NCBI GenBank assembly: GCA_015680685.1
Contig: MNCI01002773.1
Coordinates: 197,540 to 261,539, forward strand
Origin: Gnetum montanum
Taxonomy: Eukaryota > Plantae > Gnetophyta
Reading direction: 5' to 3'
DNA: 64,000 bases
This document shows, in pieces, positions 10,210 through 21,751 of the stretch. Position 1 is the stretch's first letter. Every line of letters starts with the position of its first letter. Under the pieces are notes generated by a model. It saw only the letters and a program-made list of their open reading frames with translations. It did no database searches and was not told the origin of the DNA. Position numbers and translations under genes: made by a program.

Positions 10210-13200
10210 ACATGCCATTTAGCCAATCAATCATTTTACCTTTCAACTTCATTGAGACAGCATCCAACCAATAGGTTGTGAGGGTTTATGACCCTAAAGA
10301 CCTTGCTGTAGCTAAGTGTAGGCAATTACTTAGGCTCAGGGAGTGAAGCATAGCATATTTGATGATAAACAAACACCATTACCACTTCATTTGCACCAAA
10401 ATTTAGGCTGGCATGCTCATTCCCAAAATGGAGGTAGATGCAAAATGAGAGTATGAACTTATCCACCATGATGGAAAGGGATATATATCTTCTCCATTCA
10501 ATAAAATATCATTAAATGATACCTATTTGTGTATTCTTTCTCAATTAATTGAGATGGATGAAGAGGATGGGAAGGTTAGTTCAGATGAATAATAAGAGGA
10601 AGAAGATGAGTTTGGGGCTGACTTTGAACATGAGAACCTCATAGGAGGGCTCTTCCAAAAATCGATCCCCAAAGCTACCATGTCCACCTCAAGCCCCCTC
10701 ACCTATTCCATAGGATAGATTCCTTAGTTCTTGCCTTTCCACTATCCAACCATGTTTGGATCTATACTTGTTATAGTGGTACACCAAACAAAATTGGTTT
10801 CACAATCGATACCATTCTCCATCTCCATGCATGATTTGCACAGTCATCACTAATGGTTGTGACCACCACTCCCTCCTTTTCCACAAAGATGGGACCCATA
10901 GTGAAACCTCAAGTGACCCAAGGGTCACATACCCCCTTTTTCCCTTTTGTGTCCCAAATACCTACACAAACTTTTTTTTCATTGATTAGCCCCACCTGCA
11001 ACAATGGTGAGCCAACCCCTCCCTATGATGCCACAACCAATCATGAGGTCACACGCCTTTCAAATTATATCCCAACCTTTTGTGCAAATCCCACAACCTA
11101 TGAGGGCACCCCAAGAACTATATCAAGCCTTCCAAATGATCCAAGACTTAAGGGAAGAGTTATAGAGGCTCAAGGCTTCCCTATCCCATGCCATCAAAAT
11201 AATGTATTTCTATCAGGATGATCCTATTAGTCTTGTAATCCCATAACTAAATCTTCCCCTAGGTGTCCCCATTCCTTAATTTAACAAATACAATAAGGGT
11301 AACACCAACTCACACCTTATAATCTTTCACTTTGAGTGCTTATTATTACAAGCCTAGCCACACATGATAGTGCAAATTTTCCCTATGTCTCTCATGGGAA
11401 AAATCCTAGAATGGTATTGTGCCTTACTAAGAGGATCCATATCCTCATTGGAAGACCTAATTCCATAATTCATTAACCATTTCAAGTACAACTGGAAACC
11501 TGATACAACCTTTAGCTAACTAATAAGGGTCAAGTAAGAACCCCTTCAGCCAGTGCAAAAGTTCATAGAATGATGGAATGCTTTGCTCAATGAGATCTCA
11601 GAGCCAATAGCTAAGACACACCTTCTAGCTATACTCAAGTGGGTGGTTAATGACTTTATAAAGTCAAAAATATACTACTTAGATCCATAGTTACTTAGTT
11701 AGGCTTTCTCCTAAACTAAGAACACAAAGGATGCTATAGAAGCTATCCATGACCTTGCCTATGTGGCGTACAAAAACCAACACATGTGAAAGGATAAGAA
11801 GAGGGGTAGACAAAACAATGTAGTGGTGTCCATTGTGGAAAAGGAGAGCAAAACCATAACCTATGGGCCAAGAACAAACTAACCCAAGATCCTTGTTGAC
11901 AATAACCAGCCCTCAATGTCTATGGCCTCTACGTTGACTACTGTTAAGGCTAACTTTAAATGCAAAGAGTGTTTGAAGTATACCAAGTTACCATTAGGTA
12001 CGTTAGAACTCTTTGGCCAACTGTTAAAGAGTGAAAGAATACAATATAAAAAAATGATAGAAATTTCTAATAAGATACATGAGAGGCTATGTGAGATAGT
12101 CAAGGACACCACTCATGCAAGCAAAGATCACCCTCTAGTGCCTAGATACTTCAAACTTGACCACTTTTCTCACTACCATCAGCTACTAGATCATGATACT
12201 AAATTTTTCTTTATGCTAACATATGACTTGTAGAAGATGATACACAAGGGGGAGCTATTGCTTGACACCTCTAACCTAGTTAGACCACAAAATCAGTTGA
12301 TGCACATCTATAAGGACCCATTGAATGTGAAAAAAAGTGCATATACAATAGCAACATTTAATGTCAACAATGATCCAAGGCCTATGAGAAAATCATTTGT
12401 GATTTAGGTACCTCCTCAAAATGAAAGGGGTTCTTCAACGTTTAATAGTTTGAAGACCCCCTTTTTTGTAAGGATACCATAACCAATGTCCCCCAAAGGG
12501 CCTTTTTTAATCAAAGTTCCCCCTCCCATTTCAACTAAGTCAAGCTGCATAACTGAACAATGACCCCCCATGGTAGCCAATGCAATGGCTTCTTCTTCTC
12601 AAACAATCAATAATTGCAAGAAATTCCCAACCAAACAACATAAGAAGCATACATAGAAGCAAAAACATAAAGACAATAAGCAATCTAGGGCATGGAAGGA
12701 AGTGGGCCTACAAAGCCCACTCCCATCTCATCCATGTCCATGACTTCTATTACCCTAGTTACTTCAATTAGTAAACCACAAGAGAATCCATAGTCCCAAG
12801 GGAAGGGGAAAGAGGCTAAGCCACAATAATCGAAACATGAAGTTTGCATTTTGAGACACATGGAGGAAGTTAAGAGCAATATAAATGAAATGTCCACAAC
12901 TAACAACAAAGACTTCCTCAATGCAATGGAATAATCCAAATAGTCGCTAAAGGAAAAGAATACAACCCTTAGCCTATAGGACCTTCTCATGACTTCCACT
13001 ACATATCACGAAGCGCTAGTTAAGATGTTGACCTCTATTTCCATTAGCAAGGACATCCCCACTAGTGAAGAATCCATTCATGTAGTGATGGTACTTTCTT
13101 CACCTAGGGAAGAAATGAAGTTAACATCACTAACATTTCATGACAATGAAATCAAAATGATCCCCCAAGATAGCAAAGTAACCAAGGCTCCTCTTTTTAT

Positions 13201-13779
13201 AACAATAAAGATCAAACAACATAAAGTGCATGTAGATGATGGAGCAAAAATGAATACCATCGTTGAGCATTTAGGCCTAATAGAAGACATACAACACACA
13301 TCAACATTAGCTATTGAATCCTTTAACAAATTGTGGGTTACTATCAAGGGATCTATCTCTTTAGACTTTGTGGTAGGGGAACAATTCCCCAAAACAACCA
13401 ACTTCTTGGTTGTGGAGCAAACCCAAGAATTCAACCTTATCTTGGGAAGATCCTGGCTAGCTTAATTATGAGCTATGTCCTCATCCATTCACTAAGAAAT
13501 TCACCTGCCTTATGAGGAAGGTGAAATAATCATTCATGATGAGAACATAATTCCCCTAGTAGTTAACAACATAGACATAGAGTAGGGGTCCAAAATGGAG
13601 TTTCTAGAAGAAACTCCTACCCACAAAGTCAAGAATCCCAATAGAGTAAAAGAGGCCAAAACCAATGATGATGGATCTAGGGATACACAATGGGTAGAGC
13701 TCCCCTTTTAGCAAAGGTAATGAGGAATACAAGCCTGTATAAAACAAGCCTATATGTTTCCTAATCTCTTAAAGATTAG
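10210..13779 (+). pseudogene. gag: gag-protease of element A (multiple stops and frameshifts)
   Basis: Gag core FPMSLMGKILEWYCALLRGSISSLEDL..FINHFKYN (~11380-11490); YHQLLDHDT (Cys/His remnant); protease VHVDDGAKMNTI...FNLILGRSWL (ORF 12989-13465); ends AAAGATTAG, also seen in element C. Start approximate. Confidence 0.8.
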
Positions 13780-15606
13780 AAAACATTTGCACAAATGATG
13801 TTCACTACTAATCCACTTGCCTTGTGCACTATAGTCATGTAGGTATATTTATTTATAGCCTTGTATCCTAGTTTACACATTACCTATACACACCACTTTG
13901 TTTCACTTTATGATTTCAATTTGCATGTATCCTAAAGTTTACTTTTGTTTACATCTTTACTTTTAAGGCCTTTTCCTTTTTTTAGAATCTTAAATATAAA
14001 ACACCATAAAAATTTTAAAACTAAGAAAATCCATAAAAATTTTAAAACATAAAATGGACAAATAAATATGTTTTCCTTTACAGAATGTAGTGCTTGACAT
14101 GGCCTAAAACTAGAAAAAATGCAAAGCCTACCATGGCCTAAAAATGGCAACATCCTACAACTTGCTACCATCTTAAATTGGTAAACAATGTATGGCCTGC
14201 CATGCCCTAAAATTGGCATAATGTATTACTTATTTTTGTTTTAGTTTACAACCTTATTGCCTAGTCAGTTTTACCTTTTTATTACATTATAACCATGTGG
14301 ATTAGCCAATGTAGACTTATACCATAATCATAGCATAAAACTGTGTAACATGAATAAAAGCACAATGCTAGAATAATATAAACAAAATTGAAACTTAAAG
14401 ATAATAACTAAAATGTCTAAAGCATGATAACCATAGCCACATGGTGTGGAAAAATATTTAAACAATATAACCATAAAACAAATAAACCATCTAATCAACT
14501 GAACCATTGGCTAACACTAGTCATAACAACATCAAAGTTAAATGTGATTAACGAAATAACTAAAAACAGATAATTGGTAATGCTAAGAGGCATCTGGAGG
14601 AGGTTGAGGATTATTTCCACCTTTAGCTTAGGGGTTGCCAATATTGCCTGGTGCCTATAGAATAATAACACAAGACTAATTAGTAATCAACATGCTATAG
14701 AATCAAGCCAATAAATTAAACAAAATAAAATATAACAACATTATTTAGCAAACAAACCTAAGGGAACTTCAAGGGAAGATGCTAAAGGCCAACCTCCAAA
14801 CAATGGAGGATTTGGTCTTCCATCATGTTGGCCTAGTCCACATCCCCAAGATTAATACCCATGAGGATGTTACTCTCATCAACCTCTATCCATGTAGGTA
14901 GCTCCCATGACACTGTAGTAGTACATACCTCACCCATAGCAGTAGAGATCTAAGGACTAGGTGATTCATACCTAGTGAGAGTGTCTCCAAAAATTTTGAA
15001 GGTACTTTCAACTTGGATCTCCTTTACAAATAGCTCTAACTTATATCGTTTGGTAGTCTCTTCTTTTAACCACTTAAGATAAGACTCACATTTATCCTTA
15101 TACTTCTTTCTATGGTCTTTCTATGCCCAGCCCCACTCAAGGACCTAGGCATAGTACTCTTTTTACTCTTTAGTCTTGTGGGTGATTAGGTTCATCTACA
15201 ACCACTACTCCATCATCTTTCTTGCAAGGGAAACCTTGTCATGAATAAAATTCTAGTAGCAAGCCCATGTGATCTCCTTAGTTCACAAAGACTCTTATTT
15301 ATCCACTTGGACTTCCACAAAAGCCTTGTGATCCTGTAGATCATTGATTACCTAAGCCTACCTCTTAGACTCTTTCTTTAAGGCCACAACTTGTTTCCAT
15401 AGGGATTCGTTGGACTGTTGGAATTTCCTTGAGGTTTTTGTGCATGAATTTGCAATATCAATTGCAATTTCATACAACCTTCATGGAACATTTTCCACTT
15501 TAGTAGGAAGTCTAGGCAAGGAGTCTATCTTCATGTCACACTTAGAGTCCCACTGAACTTTAGGCATTGCAAACAACATAACCATGAAGTATACATGAAA
15601 GCACAA

Positions 15607-16175
15607 TGTTGCGACCAGAAACCTCAGTCACTAGAAAAACCAAAGATCCTCAGTGCAACAATTTCCAAACCTCGAATCATCAGGGCCTCCATGAAAAATG
15701 GGATTCAAGATACCTTGGCTGGTTTGGCAAATCAACCAGGGACTTATGAAATGAAAAACATGGGAATAAAAGGAAACAGAATGTGAAATTGATAATAGAT
15801 ATGAAATAATGCATAGATGATAAACAAATATATTTTGTATAAAAAACCAAAAAATTTAAACTTTATTGAGAAATAGAATAAAGAAAAAATTCAAGAAATG
15901 TGTACTAATGATGCCTAAGTGGGAAGCAAAAAAGGAGGTTTCACTAGTGTAGGAGTCCAAAGCCCGTTGAAGCCAATGGGATTTGCTCCATGATCTAGGT
16001 ACTAAGCCAATCTTGATGCTATCGAACCTTCCTCAACTACTACAACCTTAGATCTACTAGTTGGGTCACTACTAGGGATGAGAAAAGTGGAAAATTTGAA
16101 TGCCAGATTACTCCATGCTAGGGTTTGGAAATTCCAAAAGTGCAGTGTTGACATCCAAAATTTAAAAATCTCAAG
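15607..16175 (-). repeat. 3' LTR remnant of element B
   Basis: Minus strand ends TTTCTGGTCGCAACA; colinear with 19452-20001, then switches abruptly to gag-PR spacer sequence. Confidence 0.85.
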
Positions 16176-18100
16176 TGGGCTTGTCACCTTGGTTGTGCTT
16201 TACTTCCTCCATGTGTCCCAAAATGTAGACTTCAAATTTAGGCTATGGCTATTGTGGCTCTTCCTTGTTGTTTTGGTTGTGGGATTTGGTGTCCTCTTAT
16301 GGCTTGTTGATTGAAGGGGATGGGGCTAAAGAGGTCATGGGTATAGCTAAAATGGGAGTGGACTTCAATGGACCCACTTCCTTTCATGCCTCTGTATGCT
16401 TGTCTCCCATATCATTAGGGTTTTGCTTAGGCTTCTTCCTTTTTTTGGCTATAGTTTTTTGGTTGTCAGTCATTGGCTATAAGGAAGAGGAAGTAGCATT
16501 GGCCACCATAGGGGATTGTTGTGCAATTAGTTGGGCTATGACTATTTTGGTTTTATTGGGTTGGGAGACCTTAATGACAAAAGGTTCCCTTGGATGCATT
16601 CATGATGGTACTCTCACAATGAAAGCAGATCTTGAGCTATGGAAAGCTAAAGAAGCATTTTCATTGTAGAGGGGTACTTGAATCATGAATGGTTCTCTTG
16701 CAGGTCTTTGATTGTCATTGATGTTAAATGCTAAAATAACATATGAGCTATCATTAGCATTCAAATTTTTTTTGTAGGCTAGCATTGAATGGTTTTGTGG
16801 TTGAACTAGGTTAGAAGCATCTAAGACTAGTTCCCCACTATCTATCATCCTTTGCAGGTCATCCTTCAATGCAAGGTAGAAGTCTATATCATGACCAAGT
16901 AGTTGATGATAATGGTAGAAAAGGTCTAGTTTGAAGTATCTAGGTAACTAGAAATCATCCTTTATTGCTCGAGTGGGATCTTTGGCTATTTTGCATAGTC
17001 ACTCATGTTTCTTTTGAGCAAATTCAATCATTTGTTTATGTTTCATGCATCCACTTATTAATAGTTGGTCTAGCAGCTTGGATGATTTTAACGAAAACAT
17101 AGTATATTTAGATTTGTCCTTCCTTTTGAGGTTAGGTATATTTGTTATCAATGCTATGGTCCCAGAAGTTGATGGTTGGTTATTACAGTCATTGGTGGGG
17201 GCCTTGGGCATAATAACCTTTGGCCCTTGGTTTTTGATCTTTGTTTCCTTGGTTACAGTTTCTATGGTAGTGTTGTTTTGTTCACTCTTTTCTTTGTCTC
17301 TTCATGTGTGTTGGTTTTTATATGCTATATAGGCCAGATCATGAATGGCCTCCACAAAATCCTCTATATTTTTAGTTTGAAAGAACGCTTGGCTAAGAGA
17401 CCATGGATCAAGGTAGTAAAGTTTGGACTTGATGAAGCCATTAACTACTTCCTTGAATATGGCTAACAAGTAGGCTTCAGCTATGGGCTCTAGTATTTCA
17501 TTCAACAATCCATTCCACTGCTGAATGAATTTCTATACGAGTTCTAAGGGCCCCTCCTTGATCTTCATGAGTTGGTCAAGTGTTGTTTCAGGCTTCAAGT
17601 TATACTTGAAATGGTTGACAAACTAGGCTACTAAGTCCTCCAAAGAGGACATGGGCCCTCTAGGTAATGCATGATACCAATCAAGTGCTTTCCTAGTCAA
17701 AGACATAGGGAAAATCCTCATGATGATATGATGCCATGGCTGTAAGTACAAACATTTAGATCAAAAGGTAATAAGATGAGCATTAGGGCCACCTTCTCCA
17801 TTACATTTTTTAAATTAGGGAATGAGGACACTAGGAGGAAGTGTCAAGGGTGGGACTACAAGACTTATGGAATCATCCTGGTAGAAGTCCATAATCTTGA
17901 TAATTTATGTGGTAGAGGCTTTAGGGCTCTTCAACTCCTCCATTAGATCTTGGATCAATTGAAAGGCTTGATCCAAGCCTTGCAGTGGCCCCATCGGTTG
18001 CAAGATTTGTACATAAGGTTGTGGCATCTGTTGTGAGGCTTGTGGCCTCATTATGAGGTGCATGATAGAAGGAAGAGGTCTTTAATGTTCAAAGATCACC
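16176..18100 (-). pseudogene. gag: gag of element B (decayed, truncated before protease)
   Basis: ORFs LNEILEPIAEAYLLAIFKEVVNGFIKSKLYYLDP, KDDLQRMIDSGELVLDASNLVQPQN; homologous to 11.1-12.9 kb. Confidence 0.8.
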
Positions 18101-19426
18101 TACACTCAATGATGGCAAGGTCTTTGAGATCATACACCCTCATGGCTTGTTGGCTATGATCTTCACCAGTGAGAGTGAAGGGCAATTTGATGGACTTTTG
18201 GAAAGACATGGCTATAATACTAAGAATGGCTTAAAATAGGCTATAAATGGTAAAATAGGAGTAAATTCCCATAAATGGAATTAAAAAACTCTTAAAGAAA
18301 ATGGAAATGGCAAAAAATGATGTGCTTACTATAATTAATAAGTAGGGGATAAGGGGAGTTTACCCCTTTACCAAAAATGGAATGTTGAAAACATTGGTTT
18401 CAAGCCTCACCCAAGTTGGCCTTCCAACTACCTCTACGCTAGGTATGGTAGGGGGGCGGGGGGGGGGGGGAAGAAAGAAGGGGGGGGGAGATAGTGGAAA
18501 TCTCACACCTTCTTATTTCAATGTTGGAGATGTGGGAGGAGGTGGTGGGTGGGGTGGGGGTGGTGGAGTTTGAAGACCAAAATGGAAACTTGGCAGTTTT
18601 CAAAGATGGTTTTGCCATGCTGCCAACTTTTACCATAAAGGAAAAAAAAGTAGGGTTGGTTGGTATGGAAATGAATGTTAGTTTAGTGGTAAAAATATGG
18701 AAACAAAAATTAAATGGTTATTAAGGCATCCACATTGGCTTTGCTCTAATTATTCATAGTAGATGTTGTGAAATTTTAGCACCCAACCCACCTACAGCTT
18801 CCACGCTGTGGTTTTTGCTACAAGGGGGAAAGGAAGTGTTGGATTCCTTGGGAGGTTTAGCTTCCAAAAAAACTAGAAAATGAATTTTAACTTGTAATAA
18901 AAGAAAGTTTGGTCATTAAATTAGTAATAGACCTCACCAACCCTAGCCTCCCAACTACTTCCACGCTAGGTATGGCAAGAAAGAGGAGGGTTGAGATGAT
19001 GGGAATCTCATAGCTCCTACCTCAATGTTGATGAGAGAAAGGCTTAAAACCAAAGTGGAAAGTTGATATTTTTTTACTAAAACTAGTTTTACACAGCTAC
19101 CAATTTTCTCAACTTGGAAAAGTAGGGGGAAAGCCAACTCACGGAAGAGTTGAACCACCCACTCTTAGAAACTAGAGAAAAAAATTTGGTAGTAAAAAGA
19201 AAAAAATAATAAGGGAAAAATATATCAATGTTGGCTTTGGGTAGTAAAATTCATAGAAAATGCTATGAAAGGACAAAACCCAATCACATGAAACTTCCAC
19301 ACTATAGTTTTAATCAGATGGGGGAAAGACCAGCATTTATTCTTCAACGGTGTTAATTACAAAATTAAGGAAAAGCTTGCAAACATCAACAAAAAGAATA
19401 GATCTATAACAGAATTTAGGTGAAGA

Positions 19427-19443
19427 CACTACTTCTAATGCCA
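19427..19443 (-). promoter_or_regulatory. PBS, tRNA-Asn type (element B)
   Basis: Minus strand TGGCATTAGAAGTAGTG just downstream of the LTR end at 19452. Confidence 0.7.
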
Positions 19444-19451
19444 AGAAAACC

Positions 19452-20700
19452 TATTGCAATCAAAAACCTCGGTCATTGAAAAAACCAAGGATTTTTGGTG
19501 CGGCAGTTTCCCAACCCCAAATCCTTAGGGCCTCCATGAGAAAAATGGGATTCGAGGTATCCTAGCTAGTTTGGCAGATCAACAAGGGACTTATGAAATG
19601 CAAAACGTGAGAATAAAAGGAAACAAAATGCAAAACTAATAGCAAATCTTAAAAATTCATAGATGATAAATAAATATATTTCATATATAAAACCCAAAAC
19701 TTAAAACTTCACTAAGAAAGAAAATAAAGAATATGTTCAAGAAATGTGTACAAATGGTGCCTGAGTGGGTAGTAAAAAAGGGGATTCACTAGTGTAGGAG
19801 TTCAAAGCCCATTGAAGTGGATGGGATTTGCTCCACGATCTAGGTACTAAGCCACTCTTGATGCTATTGAACCTTATATCTACTAGTTTGATCACTACTA
19901 GGCGTAAGAAAAGTGAAAAATTTGGATGCCAAATTTCTTCATGCTAGGGTTTGGGAATCCCAAAAGTACAGTGTTGACACCCAAAATTCACAAATCTCAA
20001 GGCTACAATGCTTCCATGCTAGGGTTCAAGAGAATGCAAGTATGGGAACTTGCAAGAACTCTTGAGTGCTTGAAAATGCCCCAAGTATGAAATTAGTACT
20101 TGGAAGATTGCTTGTATGCTCAATGAAAAAAATTGCTCAATCCTCAAAAATTTTGGAACATGTAAATGGGGTTTGAGGTTGGCTTTTATAGGATATTTGG
20201 GCCATGAATGGGGCTGCAAATTAGCTATGATTTGGCTGTGAAAATGGCTAGAAATTGGCTATTAAGTGGCTACAAATTGGCTGTGAATGGCTACAAATTG
20301 GCTGCCAAATTCAAGTTAGATGGGTGCCCAAATTTGGGGGGTTACCATACATAGTAGGTGCTTCCCCCCATGGCCATTACATTTACTATAAATAGTAATC
20401 AAGGTACACTTTCCGTGCTGGAGATGACTCTTCTATGCTAAACTCTCCACCATGCTTGTGGAAGTAGCTAGTTAATGTTCAAGTGCATGAAGTGATGAAT
20501 TTTGGGTTTTGTGATTTCCACTTTAGGGGATGCAATTCTTCACACTAGGGGTGAAGACTCCATGCTAGGGGGAAACTTCCATGTTGAGGGAAAAATATTT
20601 CCAGGTTGTGCATATTGTCTCCATGCTAAAGGAGGAAAGTTTCCAAAACTCCCACCTTTTCATGCTAGGGGTAGGTGAGATTTAACCCCTTGCACATGAA
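19452..20700 (-). repeat. 5' LTR of element B
   Basis: Repeat of 15607-16175; minus-strand CCTATAAAAGCC near 20181-20192 aligns with CATATAAAAACC at ~32343 in LTR of A; U3 has reiterated CCC(C/T)AGCATG. Outer end uncertain. Confidence 0.7.
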
Positions 20701-21471
20701 ATATACCTTGTTAGGGACCTCTAACCATGGTTTCATGTGAAATGTAGAAGTAGAGGCATTTGCTAGGGGCTTAGTAGCTACAAAAAGTATAATAATCAAC
20801 TAATGGTTAGAATGAAAATTACATAAAACATAGAATAACCTAAACATAAAACAAAATTAGAGCATACCTATCTTTGCCCTATCTATCTAGCCAAACTTAA
20901 GTGTAAGCCACCTCTTGGAAGGTTGCTTGGTGGCTTGTGCTACATCCTCAACTATGGGCCACTTTAACTTAGCTCTAGCTGCCTCATTAGCTTCAACACA
21001 TAATTCCTTGGACATCTCAATGTTTTCCTACTCAACATGAGGCTCAACCCCCATGTTGTGGGCACAATGCCTACCACTAAGTCCCTTAGTGGTAATAGAT
21101 AGTAATTCCCCAACATCCTCTGATGGGTTCTAGGCCTACATGGTTGGATAAATGTGCTTTATCCAATGCTCAGAGAGTTGGGATGGGTCTTCACTCATTT
21201 ATCACCCATACCTCCTCATCACCAAGAACTCTACAAATCTCCTCAAATATGCCACAAAGAATGCATAGTTCATGTATCATATTTTGGTGAGATCCTCTCA
21301 AAGTTTGATGATTTCCTCCCACAGGCTAGAGCCCAAGTGAGTAGCCTAGTTAAATCGAGCATCTTCTGTTAGGACATTCATCAAGGTCCATTCCTGGGCA
21401 ATGTTGATTACCTTCCTTTGCAATAGTAGCTTTGGAAAGGTATGGGATCTAAATAAGGGATATGATTCCCT

Positions 21472-21751
21472 TACTTCTGGCACTTAGAAATCCTCCAAGG
21501 TTAACCTAGAATGGCTACGACTACCACCCAACCATGATTCCACCTCCTCTCAATGGCTTGCCTTATTTCTGGCACTTAGAAATCCTCCAAGGTTAACCCA
21601 GAATGTCTATGGCTACCACCCAACCATGATTCCACCTCCTCTCAATGGCTTGCCTTATTTCTGACACTTAGAAATCCTCCAAGGTTAACCTAGAATGGCT
21701 ACGACTACCACCCAACCATGATTCCACCTCCTCTCTATGGCTTGCCTTATT
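21472..21751. repeat. Three near-identical tandem 92-bp copies
   Basis: cacttagaaatcctccaaggttaacc at 21481, 21573 and 21665. Confidence 0.95.

Larger units (their letters stand above)
15607..20700 (-). mobile_element. Tat-like element B, nested in A, with pol deleted
   Basis: LTR-derived direct repeats 15607-16175 and 19452-20001; PBS 19427-19443; gag homologous to A at ~16176-18100 (minus). Right boundary approximate, no TSD identified. Confidence 0.8.

Noticed and set aside
13712-13722. AAG|GTAATG as splice donor of a PR-RT intron
   Set aside because: The homologous position in element C reads AAGGGAATG, so the GT is not conserved.
18451-18570. G-rich tract, possible G-quadruplex or Gly-rich ORF
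   Set aside because: Long G runs are error-prone, and the tract is the complement of C-rich leader sequence of element B; no support for function.
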